Below, in pieces: positions 47,887 through 58,400 of a stretch of DNA of 64,000 nt. A program made the position numbers and the translations under genes. Each line of letters starts with the position of its first letter. The stretch's first letter is position 1. A model generated the notes under the pieces. That model was not told the DNA's origin. It ran no database searches and saw only the letters and a program-made list of their open reading frames with translations. The stretch is from Bacillota bacterium (lineage in GTDB: Bacteria; Bacillota; Clostridia; Peptostreptococcales; Anaerovoracaceae), in NCBI GenBank assembly GCA_017405645.1, contig JAFQZZ010000017.1:4125-68124 (forward strand), read 5' to 3'.

Positions 47887-48993
47887 ATGCTTCAGATCAG
47901 ACACCTGATCGAGCCCACTGACTTTTCCGTCAAGGAGCTCGAGGATCTGTTTGAACTGGCAGATCTGATCATAGAAAATCCGAAAAAATACCTCCACCAA
48001 TGCGACGGGAAGATCATGGTGACCCTGTTCTATGAGCCCAGCACCCGGACCCGCTTCAGCTTCGAGGCGGCCATGATGCGGCTGGGGGGCAGCGTGCTGG
48101 GGTTTTCCGACCCCAACTCCAGCTCCACCGCCAAGGGGGAGAACATTCCCGACACCATCCGGATCGTTTCCGGCTACTCGGATATCGCAGTGATGCGCCA
48201 CCCGGTGGAAGGGGCCCCGAAAGCGGCGTCCCTGTTCTCCCGGATCCCGGTGATCAACGCCGGGGACGGCGGGCACCAGCATCCCACTCAGACCCTGACG
48301 GACCTGTACACCATCCGCTCGAAGTTCGGACGGCTGCAGGACCTGAAGATCGGGATCTGCGGAGACCTGAAATACGGCCGGACCACCCATTCCCTGGTGA
48401 AGGCCATGTCCCGGTACCCCGGCAATGAATTCGTCTTCATCTCGCCGGAGGAGCTTCGGATGCCCGCATACATCTGCGACGACCTGAAACGGAGCGGCGC
48501 GGCCAATTACACGGAGTGCCGGACCATCGAAGAAGGCATCGGCGATGTGGACATCCTCTACATGACCCGGGTCCAGCGGGAACGTTTTTCGGACCTGGAT
48601 GAATACGAGAGAGTGAAGGACTCATGCATCCTGAACATGGACAAGATGAAGCTGGCGAAGGAGGATATGATCGTCCTGCATCCCCTGCCCAGGGTCAACG
48701 AGATCCACTACGATGTGGACAATGACAAGAGGGCCTGCTATTTCGAACAGGCGGAAAACGGGATGTACGTCCGGATGAGCCTCATCATGCTGCTCCTGGA
48801 CGTGACCGGCGATTTCTACAACGGCAGGGTGCTTTCCATGAATGATTCCGTGATGACCTTCCTGGAACTGGAGACCTGCAAGAACCCCAAATGCATCACC
48901 CGGATCGAGCCTTCCCTGAGGCAGCGGTTCCTTACCTATGCGGACGGGATCAAGGTGTGCGATTACTGCGGCGCGGTGCTGGAGAAGGAGTAG
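47887..48993 (+). CDS. pyrB: aspartate carbamoyltransferase catalytic chain fused to a PyrI-type zinc domain
   Basis: STRTR, HPTQ and HPLPR motifs within residues 1-~300. The C-terminal ~45 aa [13 protein letters not shown]..x(n)..CDYCG matches the 4-Cys zinc domain of the regulatory chain PyrI. Confidence 0.85.
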   Translation: MLQIRHLIEPTDFSVKELEDLFELADLIIENPKKYLHQCDGKIMVTLFYEPSTRTRFSFEAAMMRLGGSVLGFSDPNSSSTAKGENIPDTIRIVSGYSDIAVMRHPVEGAPKAASLFSRIPVINAGDGGHQHPTQTLTDLYTIRSKFGRLQDLKIGICGDLKYGRTTHSLVKAMSRYPGNEFVFISPEELRMPAYICDDLKRSGAANYTECRTIEEGIGDVDILYMTRVQRERFSDLDEYERVKDSCILNMDKMKLAKEDMIVLHPLPRVNEIHYDVDNDKRACYFEQAENGMYVRMSLIMLLLDVTGDFYNGRVLSMNDSVMTFLELETCKNPKCITRIEPSLRQRFLTYADGIKVCDYCGAVLEKE

Positions 48994-49062
48994 CACTTTG
49001 GCCTGAAAGAGGTTGTACAGAATAGGAAACGATGGTATAATACTCACAGTATATTGATATGA

Positions 49063-49788
<726 letters not shown>

Positions 49789-49827
49789 TTGGAATAGAAA
49801 CACCGGAATAATGAAAGGAGAATGATT

Positions 49828-50391
49828 ATGGCTACTCGTTATCAGCAGCATGAAGCAATGATCGAAAAGATCGATAAAACAATGAATTATTTAAAGGACG
49901 AACTGAACACCCTCCGGGCAGGCAAGGCCAATCCGGCGATCCTGGACCGGGTCATGGTAGAGTATTACGGCACCCCGACGCCCCTGAAAGCAGTGGCGAA
50001 TATTTCCGTTCCGGATCCGCGGCAGCTGCTGATCTCTCCCTTTGATCCCAGCAGCATTCCGGATGTGGAAAAGGCGATCAACATCGCCAACATCGGCATC
50101 AATCCTTCCAACGACGGCAAGGTGATCCGCCTGGTGATACCCCAGCCCACGGAGGAAAGAAGAAAGGAACTGACCAAATCCGCCAAGAAGATGGGGGAAG
50201 AGGCCAAGGTAGCCGTCCGGAACATGAGAAGAGACATCAACGACGAACTGAAGAAGATGCAGAAAGCCAGCGAGATCACGGAAGACGACCTGAAAGGCGC
50301 GCTGGATGAAGCCCAGAAGATCGTGGATGAAAGCATCAAGAAGATCGACAGCATCGTGGGCGAAAAGGAAAAGGAGATCATGGAGGTATAG
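49828..50391 (+). CDS. frr: ribosome recycling factor
   Basis: LRAGKANPAILD, INPSNDG..IRL.IP.TEERRKEL, VRNMRRD. Confidence 0.95.
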   Translation: MATRYQQHEAMIEKIDKTMNYLKDELNTLRAGKANPAILDRVMVEYYGTPTPLKAVANISVPDPRQLLISPFDPSSIPDVEKAINIANIGINPSNDGKVIRLVIPQPTEERRKELTKSAKKMGEEAKVAVRNMRRDINDELKKMQKASEITEDDLKGALDEAQKIVDESIKKIDSIVGEKEKEIMEV

Positions 50392-50393
50392 GC

Positions 50394-50582
50394 TTGGCTG
50401 AAATACCGGATATGACCGGATATCTCAGGGAGGAAGCGGAAGCGCTTCTCCGGGCGTCCGGCGTACAATATGTGATGTCGGAGACGACCCCGCCCCGGGG
50501 ACCCATCGAAGGGGAGGAACTGCGGGTCGTTCGTCAGGTTATGAAAACGGATGTACTTCATATCACCTTATGTAGATACTGA
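50394..50582 (+). CDS. small PASTA-like single-domain protein (hypothetical)
   Basis: TTG start 6 nt after GGAGGT. IPDMTGYLREEAEALLRASGVQYV....EELRVVRQ....DVLHITL follows the PASTA beta-alpha-beta pattern. No signal peptide. Confidence 0.4.
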   Translation: MAEIPDMTGYLREEAEALLRASGVQYVMSETTPPRGPIEGEELRVVRQVMKTDVLHITLCRY

Positions 50583-50626
50583 TCATTTACGGACGGTTCC
50601 TGGCGGAGCCGTCCGCTGTATGTGAA

Positions 50627-51355
50627 ATGAGTGAAACTATGCAAGACAATACGATAGCGGTGATGCCTGCCCATGTGGCGGTGATCATGGACGGAAACGG
50701 GCGCTGGGCGAAGAAGAACGGCGTGCCGAGGCTGTCCGGCCACAAGGCCGGCATGGAAGCCCTGAAGAAGATTGTCCGCCGTTCCGGCGAACTGGGGATC
50801 GATTACCTGACGGTCTACGCTTTCTCCACGGAGAACTGGAAGCGTTCCGACGAGGAAGTGGGCGGCATTTTCAAGATCCTGGTCTACTATATGGAACGGG
50901 AGATCCGTGAGATCCACCGGGAGAACGTGAAGGTCAACATCCTGGGGGATTACACCATCATCCCGGAAGCGGCCCGGAAGGCCGTGGAAGATGCGGTGGA
51001 ACTGACCAAAAACAATACGGGACTGAACTTCAATATCGCGCTGAACTACGGGGGAAGGGACGAGATCCTGCGGGCGGTCCGCAGCATCGCGGAGGAAGCC
51101 CGGGCGGGAGACCTGGACCCGGAGAGCCTCACGGAGGAATCCGTTTCCGAGCGCCTGTATACCGGCGGCATGCCGGACCCGGACCTGATCATCCGGACCA
51201 GCGGGGAGCTCAGGCTGAGCAATTTCCTCATCTGGCAGAGCGCCTACAGCGAGTTCTATTTCACCGATATCTTATGGCCGGATTTTGACGAGTCGGCCTA
51301 CGAGGAAGCCCTCCGGGACTTCTCTCACAGAAAACGAAATTTTGGAGGAAGATAA
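50627..51355 (+). CDS. uppS: isoprenyl transferase (undecaprenyl diphosphate synthase)
   Basis: HVAVIMDGNGRWAK, FSTENWKR, RTSGELRLSNFLIWQSAYSE. Confidence 0.95.
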   Translation: MSETMQDNTIAVMPAHVAVIMDGNGRWAKKNGVPRLSGHKAGMEALKKIVRRSGELGIDYLTVYAFSTENWKRSDEEVGGIFKILVYYMEREIREIHRENVKVNILGDYTIIPEAARKAVEDAVELTKNNTGLNFNIALNYGGRDEILRAVRSIAEEARAGDLDPESLTEESVSERLYTGGMPDPDLIIRTSGELRLSNFLIWQSAYSEFYFTDILWPDFDESAYEEALRDFSHRKRNFGGR

Positions 51356-51356
51356 C

Positions 51357-52169
51357 ATGAAAACGAGAATCATCTCCGGATGCATCCTGGCACCGCTCCT
51401 GGTGTTCGTATTCCTGGGCGGGATCTGGCTGAAACTCTTCGCGCTGGCAATCACCATACTGGCGCTGTATGAATTCTTTACGGTCCATCACAAGGATGAG
51501 ATCAAGGCCAGTTTTCCCATCGCGGTGGGCTCGGCGGTGCTGCTGTACTGCTTCAGCTTTTTCCACCTGGATCCGGTGTTCTATCTGTTCTGGCTGTTCA
51601 TCAGCGTGCTGGCCAGCCTGCTGTATCTGTTCAACATCCATAAACGGATCTCCGAGGATGCGATGCTGACCATCACCGGGATCACCTACATCACCTTCTT
51701 CCTGTTCCACCTGGCGTGGATAGCGGACCTGGGGGATTACGCGCGGCTGGCGTGGCTGGTGGTGATCACCGCCTTCATCACGGACATCACCGCCTATTTC
51801 GGCGGTTACTTCCTGGGCGGGAAACTCTTTGGCGACAAAAAACTCTGTCCGTCCATCAGCCCGAAAAAGACCCGGGAGGGAGCCCTGTTCGGCGTGATTG
51901 GTTCGGCGGTGGTTTCCCTGCTTTTCGGGATCTTCTTCACCGAGGGACTCGCGCTTCACTGCCTGCTCATCGGCATCATCGGCAGCGTGTTCGCCCAGCT
52001 GGGCGACCTGACCGCCTCCATCTTCAAGCGTAAGCTGAGGGTGAAGGACTACGGCAAGCTGATCCCGGGCCACGGCGGCGTGCTGGACCGGGTGGACAGC
52101 CTGCTGTTTACGGCGCCGGTGGTATGCTGGTACATCCTGCTGATTTTAATGAAGATGGAGATCCACTAA
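51357..52169 (+). CDS. cdsA: phosphatidate cytidylyltransferase
   Basis: Start at the ATG at 51357, after GGAGGAAG. Multi-TM protein with the C-terminal signature SIFKRKLRVKDYGKLIPGHGGVLDRVDS. Confidence 0.9.
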   Translation: MKTRIISGCILAPLLVFVFLGGIWLKLFALAITILALYEFFTVHHKDEIKASFPIAVGSAVLLYCFSFFHLDPVFYLFWLFISVLASLLYLFNIHKRISEDAMLTITGITYITFFLFHLAWIADLGDYARLAWLVVITAFITDITAYFGGYFLGGKLFGDKKLCPSISPKKTREGALFGVIGSAVVSLLFGIFFTEGLALHCLLIGIIGSVFAQLGDLTASIFKRKLRVKDYGKLIPGHGGVLDRVDSLLFTAPVVCWYILLILMKMEIH

Positions 52170-53324
52170 ATGGCGAATCAGAAAAAGATCGGGATATTGG
52201 GATCCACCGGTTCCATCGGGACCCAGGCCCTGGACATCATCCGGAAGAACCCGGAAGGGTACCGGGTGAACGTTCTGTCCTGCGCCCGGAATATCCCGCT
52301 GCTGGAAGAACAGCTCCGGGAGTTTGAACCGGTGCTGGCGGTAACGAAAGAAGAAATAGACGCCCGGGAGCTGGCTGGCAGATTCCCGAAAACGGAATTC
52401 GCTTTCGGCGAAGAAGGACTGAAGGAAGCAGCGGCTCTTTCCGGGAACGACCTGGTGCTGAATTCCCTGGTGGGGATGCAGGGCCTGGTGCCCACCCTAT
52501 CCGCCATCGAGGCGGGAAAAGACGTGGCTCTGGCCAACAAGGAGACCCTGGTGGCCGGCGGTGACCTGGTGATGAGGACCGCGGCGGAGAAGGGCGTAAA
52601 GATCCTGCCGGTGGACAGTGAGCACAGCGCCGTGTTCCAGTCCCTGCAGGGAAACGAATCAAATCCCTACCGGAAGATCATTCTGACGGCATCGGGAGGC
52701 CCCTTCCGGGGCTATACCCGCGAGATGCTGAAGAAGGTGACCCTGAAGGATGCCCTGAAACACCCCAACTGGAGCATGGGTAACAAAATCACCATCGATT
52801 CCGCTACACTGATGAACAAGGGACTGGAAGTCATCGAAGCCCATCACCTCTTCGATGCGCCGCCGGATAAGATCGATGTGGTGGTCCACCCCCAGAGCAT
52901 CATCCACTCCATGGTGGAATACGAGGACCGGGCGGTCATGGCGCAGCTTGGACTGCCGGATATGCGGGTGCCCATCGCTTATGCTTTTGCTTATCCGGAG
53001 CGCATTCCCATGGAGGAGAAGAGCCTGGATCTGGCGGAGCTTTCGCGGCTGACCTTTGAAAAGCCGGACCGGGAAGTGTTCCGGACGCTGGACCTGGCCT
53101 ACGGGGCCCTGCAGACCGGCGGAGGCGCCTGCTGCACGCTGAATGCGGCGAACGAGGAACTGGTGGGACTGTTCCTTAAGGAAAGGATCTCCTTCACGGA
53201 CATCCAGGATCGTCTGGTGGACTGGATGATGGATTTTGCGCCGGTGAAGGCGGATACATTGGAAGACATCCTGGCACTGGACCGGGAGACCCGGATCCGG
53301 ATCCGGGAAACAGTAAGGATCTAG
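52170..53324 (+). CDS. dxr: 1-deoxy-D-xylulose 5-phosphate reductoisomerase
   Basis: GSTGSIG NADPH loop, LANKE, DSEHSA, NKGLEVIEA. Confidence 0.95.
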   Translation: MANQKKIGILGSTGSIGTQALDIIRKNPEGYRVNVLSCARNIPLLEEQLREFEPVLAVTKEEIDARELAGRFPKTEFAFGEEGLKEAAALSGNDLVLNSLVGMQGLVPTLSAIEAGKDVALANKETLVAGGDLVMRTAAEKGVKILPVDSEHSAVFQSLQGNESNPYRKIILTASGGPFRGYTREMLKKVTLKDALKHPNWSMGNKITIDSATLMNKGLEVIEAHHLFDAPPDKIDVVVHPQSIIHSMVEYEDRAVMAQLGLPDMRVPIAYAFAYPERIPMEEKSLDLAELSRLTFEKPDREVFRTLDLAYGALQTGGGACCTLNAANEELVGLFLKERISFTDIQDRLVDWMMDFAPVKADTLEDILALDRETRIRIRETVRI

Positions 53325-53328
53325 ACGA

Positions 53329-54345
53329 ATGATAAAAACCATTATAATCGTCATTGTGATGCTCGAAGTATTGATCATCGGTCATGAATTCGGGCATTTT
53401 ATCACGGCGAAGAAATGCGGGATCACGGTCAACGAATTTGCCGTCGGCATGGGGCCGCTCCTGCTGAAAAAAGTGAAGAACGGGACCCAGTATTCCCTTC
53501 GGGCCTTCCCCATCGGCGGTTACTGCGCCATGGAAGGGGAGGACGTGGACACCGGCAGCAGCGGCAGCTTTGTTTCCAAGTCCATCCCGAAACGTATCCT
53601 GGTGGTTTCCGCCGGCGCCATCATGAACTACCTGATGGCCATCGCCATCCTGATCGTCCTGCTGATGATCGTGGGCTTTGCCACCAACACACTGTCCGGC
53701 GTGGTGGAAGGGAGCCCGGCGGACCTGGCGGGACTGCGGGCCGGCGATACGATCATTCGGGTGGATGATACACCGACGAAGGACTGGAGCGCCGTGGTGG
53801 ACGCGATTTCCGAGGCGGAGGAGGGGGATTCCCTGACCGTCACGGTAGACCGGGACGGGGAAACGCTGGAAATGAAAGACGTGACCGTCCTGAAAAACGA
53901 GGAAGGGAACCTCTATATCGGCATTTACGCCGGGCGGTCCCGGAGCCTGCCGAAGGCGGTGATCAACTCCTTCAAGGAATCCGTCGAGCTGGTGAAACTC
54001 ATGTACCAGTCCCTGTGGATGCTGATCACCGGAGGCGCATCGGTCAATGACGTGGTGGGCCCGGTGGGAATGGTGTCCGTGATGGACGAAGGAGTGAGCA
54101 CCGGCGGGCTGGTGTACGTGCTGTTCATGGCGGCCCTGATCAGCGTCAACCTGGCGGTGATCAATCTGCTGCCTTTGCCGGCGCTGGACGGCGGCCGGCT
54201 GCTGTTCCTGCTGCTCTGCGCCATTACCCGCAAGGAACTGGATCCGGAGATCGAAGGACGGATCCATTACATCGGATTCCTGCTGCTGATGCTGCTGGCA
54301 GTACTGATTACGGTGAAGGATATCCATCAGTTTATTCTTAAGTAA
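53329..54345 (+). CDS. rseP: RIP metalloprotease RseP (site-2 protease, M50)
   Basis: HEFGHF zinc motif, a PDZ segment, and NLLPLPALDGG near the C-terminus. Confidence 0.9.
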   Translation: MIKTIIIVIVMLEVLIIGHEFGHFITAKKCGITVNEFAVGMGPLLLKKVKNGTQYSLRAFPIGGYCAMEGEDVDTGSSGSFVSKSIPKRILVVSAGAIMNYLMAIAILIVLLMIVGFATNTLSGVVEGSPADLAGLRAGDTIIRVDDTPTKDWSAVVDAISEAEEGDSLTVTVDRDGETLEMKDVTVLKNEEGNLYIGIYAGRSRSLPKAVINSFKESVELVKLMYQSLWMLITGGASVNDVVGPVGMVSVMDEGVSTGGLVYVLFMAALISVNLAVINLLPLPALDGGRLLFLLLCAITRKELDPEIEGRIHYIGFLLLMLLAVLITVKDIHQFILK

Positions 54346-54346
54346 A

Positions 54347-54376
54347 GATTGGTGAATAAAGATTGGAGATTGGAGA
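54347..54376 (+). repeat. post-stop motif cluster: GATTGGTGAA, then GATTGGAGATTGGAGA (copies c1-c3)
   Basis: Starts 1 nt after the rseP TAA. The last GGAGA also serves as the ispG RBS, 7 nt before the ATG at 54383. Confidence 0.7.
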
Positions 54377-54382
54377 AAAAAG

Positions 54383-55426
54383 ATGAAGAAGACGAGACAG
54401 ATACTCTGCGGCGGCGTCCCCATCGGCGGCGGCGCAACCGTGAGCATACAGTCCATGACCAATACAAAGACCGAAGACGTCAATGCGACCGTGGATCAGA
54501 TCCTGCGGCTGCAGGAAGCCGGCTGCGAGATCATCCGCTGCGCCGTGCCCACCATGGAAGCGGCGGCGGCCCTGGAGAAGATCCGGGAGAAGATCTCCCT
54601 CCCCCTGGTAGCGGACATCCATTTCGACTACAGGCTGGCGGTGGCGGCCATCGAGGCCGGGGTCGACAAAGTGCGGATCAATCCCGGGAACATCGGGGAC
54701 GATGACCGGGTCTTCGCCGTGGTGGAAGCGGCGAAAAAACGGGCGATCCCCATCCGGATCGGCGTGAATTCCGGCTCCTTGGAGAAAGACCTGGTGGAAA
54801 AGAACGGCGGCGTGACGGCGGAAGGGCTGGCGGAAAGCGCCCTGCGGAATGTGCGCCGGGTGGAAGCCATGGGATTTGAGGACATCGTGGTGTCCATGAA
54901 GTCTTCGGACGTCCGGCTGAATTACGAAGCCCACCGGATCCTGCGGGATCAGGTGGACTATCCTTTCCATATCGGGATCACGGAATCCGGCAGCGCCCGG
55001 GGCGGCATGGTGAAATCCGCCGCGGGGTTGGGCGCTTTGCTGATCAACGGCATCGGGGACACCCTGAGGGTGAGCTTGACGGGGGACCCGGTGAAAGAGA
55101 TCGGGGTGGCGAAAGACATCCTGAAAGCCTGCGGCTGCCGGGCTTTCGGCGTGAACCTGGTATCCTGTCCCACCTGCGGACGGACCAAAGTGGATCTGGA
55201 ACAGATCGTGGACCGGATCGAGAGGGAAACGGCCGGCATCGATAAAGACCTGACGGTGGCGGTGATGGGCTGCGAAGTGAACGGCCCGGGAGAGGCAAAG
55301 GAAGCGGACTGCGGCCTGGCTTTCGGAACAGACAAGGCAGCGGTATTCTGCCGGGGAGAGATTCTGGAAACGGCGGAAACGGAAAAGGCGATCGGGCTGC
55401 TGATGGAACTCATCCGCAGCATGTAA
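54383..55426 (+). CDS. ispG: 4-hydroxy-3-methylbut-2-enyl diphosphate synthase
   Basis: IQSMTNT, RINPGNIG, and the C-terminal CPTCGR...GCEVNGPGE Fe-S cysteines. Confidence 0.95.
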   Translation: MKKTRQILCGGVPIGGGATVSIQSMTNTKTEDVNATVDQILRLQEAGCEIIRCAVPTMEAAAALEKIREKISLPLVADIHFDYRLAVAAIEAGVDKVRINPGNIGDDDRVFAVVEAAKKRAIPIRIGVNSGSLEKDLVEKNGGVTAEGLAESALRNVRRVEAMGFEDIVVSMKSSDVRLNYEAHRILRDQVDYPFHIGITESGSARGGMVKSAAGLGALLINGIGDTLRVSLTGDPVKEIGVAKDILKACGCRAFGVNLVSCPTCGRTKVDLEQIVDRIERETAGIDKDLTVAVMGCEVNGPGEAKEADCGLAFGTDKAAVFCRGEILETAETEKAIGLLMELIRSM

Positions 55427-55439
55427 CAGGAAACACATC

Positions 55440-58400
55440 ATGGAAGAACTGATTTTACGATACATCGATGCAAAAGAACTGGGTTTCCCGGAAGGGGAGA
55501 CGCCGAGGCTGCAGGTGGACCGGGCGGTCTTCAAGGAAAACGAAGGCCGGCTGGAGATTGGGCTGACCTCCAATTTCGTCGTGCCTTCTTATGTGCTGGA
55601 CGTGGTGAAGGATTCTATTTGCCATAACATCGAAGGCGTCCGGGACGTTACGATGGATTTCAACTACGAGAATCTGGTGGAGGTCGTGATCCCGAAAGCG
55701 GCGGAAACGCCCCGTGAAAACGGCACCACGAAGATCCGGAACCTCAGGATCTCCAATGGACGCAGCGAGATCGAGGGCATCGTCCTGGGGATGGATGTCC
55801 GGCGTCTCAAGAGCGGGAAATCGCTGCTGACCCTGCAGGTGACGGATTACACGGAAACGATCCTGGTCAAAAAGTTTTTGACGGCGAAGCAGGCGGAGAA
55901 GATGCCGGGGAAGCTTCATAAGGGCTGCACCGTGCTGGTCTCCGGAGACCTGCAGTACGATGAATTCGAGAAGAGCAACATCTTCATGGCCCGGAAGGTC
56001 AGCTATTCCGGCGAGGCCCAGGACCGGCGCCGGGTGGATACAGCAATCGAAAAACGGATCGAGCTCCACGCCCATACCAAGCTCAGCAAAATGGACGGGA
56101 TGACGGATCCGAAGGCCCTGGTGAAGCGGGCGGCGGAATGGGGTCATGAGGCTGTGGCCATTACGGACCACGGAGTGGTGCAGGCCTTCCCGGATGCGAT
56201 GCATGCGGCGGAAGACCTGGAGCGAAAGGGAAAGAAGATCAAGATCCTCTACGGGATGGAAGGATATCTGGTCAACGACGTCGACGAGTCCGACCCGATC
56301 CCGCTGGATTCGGAGTTCGTGGTATTCGACATCGAGACCACCGGCTTTTCGCCGGTCAGCGATGAGATCATCGAGATCGGAGCAGTCCGGGTGAAGGGAC
56401 GGGAAGTGCAGGAACGGTTCCAGACCTTCGTGCATGCTTCCCTGCCGATACCGGAACGCATCACGGAGCTGACGGGGATCACCGACCAGATGCTGGAGGA
56501 CGCCCCGGGGATCCGGGACGCGCTGCAGAGTTTCCTGCGTTTCTGCGGGGACGCGGTGCTGGCGGCCCACAATTCCTCTTTCGACATGTCCTTTATCCGG
56601 GAGAAGGCCGGAAAGTTCGGTATGCCGGTCCATAACCGGGAAGTGGACACTCTGTACCTTTCCCGGGCGCTTCTGACGGAACTGAAGCGGCATAACCTGG
56701 CGGCGGTGGCCCGTCATCTGGACATCAGCCAGACCCATCATCACCGGGCGGATGACGACGCCTGGGTGGCCTCCATGATCCTGCTGAAGTGCATGGACAT
56801 GCTGGAAGCCGCCGGCATCGGCAGCCTGACGGAGGCGGACAAGGTCCATGGGATCATGGGCGCCATCAAAAGCCGGCCCAGTTATCATATCGTCCTTTTC
56901 GCGAAGAACCGTGAAGGACTGAAAAACCTGTATAAACTGGTGAGCCTGTCTCACCTGGAATATTTCTACCGGCGGCCCCGGATCCCGAAATCCGTGCTGC
57001 TGGAATACCGGGAGGGGCTGCTGATCGGCAGCGCCTGCCAGGCGGGGGAAGTGTACCAGAGCCTCCTGAACGGGAAGAGTTACGAAGAGTGCCTCAAAAC
57101 GGCTTCCTTCTACGACTATCTGGAACTGCAGCCCCGGGAGAACAACCTCTTCCTGACGGAAGGGGAGGAGAAAAGGCTGGGCAGCGAAGAAGACTTGATC
57201 GCCATCAACAAGACCATCCTGGATCTGGCACGGGACCTGGACAAACCCGTTGCGGCCACCTCCGACACCCATTACCTGGATCCGGAAGAAGCCATTTACC
57301 GGCAGATCCTGATGAAGGGCATGGGCTTTGAGGACGTGGAAGGCGAAAGCGGCCTGTATTTCAGGACAACCGATGAAATGCTGGAGGAATTCGCCTACCT
57401 GGGCGAGGACATGGCCCGGAAGGTGGTTATCGACGGGCCGAAGGAGATCGCGGACGCCATCGAGGACATCCGTCCGGTCCCCTTGGAGAAGTACCCGCCG
57501 AAGATCGAGAATTCCGAGCAGGACCTCCGGGAGATGTGCTTTGCCAAAGCCCACAGCATTTACGGGGATCCCCTGCCGGAAATCGTGGAAAAACGTCTGG
57601 AACGGGAACTGAATTCCATCATCGGCAACGGGTATTCCGTCATGTATATCATCGCCCACAAACTGGTGGCGAAGTCCCTGTCGGACGACTACGTGGTAGG
57701 GTCCAGGGGCTCCGTGGGTTCTTCCCTGGCGGCCACCATGAGCGGGATCACGGAAGTGAATCCGCTGCCGCCCCATTACATCTGCCCGAAGTGCAAACAC
57801 TCGGACTTTGATCACGGGGAGGAGGCGGACTGCGGTGTGGACCTGCCGGACCGGAACTGTCCCATCTGCGGCACGCCTTACATCAAAGAAGGATTCAACC
57901 TCCCCTTCGAAGTATTCCTGGGATTCAAGGGGGACAAGGAGCCGGATATCGACCTGAACTTTGCCGGGGAATACCAGCCCACGGCACACAAGTTCATTGA
58001 AGAGCTCTTCGGGGAAGAGCACGTCTTCCGGGCCGGAACTATCGGCACGGTGGCGGACAAGACCGCTTTCGGTTTTGTCAAAAAGTATTTCGAGGAGATG
58101 AAACAGCCTGTCAGCAAGTGGGAAGTGAATCGGCTGGCGAAGGGCTGCGTCGGCGTCAAACGGACCACGGGGCAGCATCCTGGTGGCATCATCGTGGTAC
58201 CGAAGGAAAACGATATCCACGAATTCTGTCCGGTGCAGCATCCGGCGGACGATACCGGCACGGACATCATAACCACCCATTTCGATTACCATTCCATTGA
58301 CTCGAATCTGCTGAAGCTGGACATTCTCGGCCATGATGGTCCTTCCATCATCAAGATGCTGAAGGACATCACCGGGGTGGATCCGATGGGGGTGCCCCTG

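Noticed and set aside
54346-54376. Tandem GATTGGA heptamers as a mini CRISPR-like or VNTR array.
   Set aside because: There are only three 7-nt units, no spacers, and no cas genes. They are better treated as part of the dispersed post-stop motif family.
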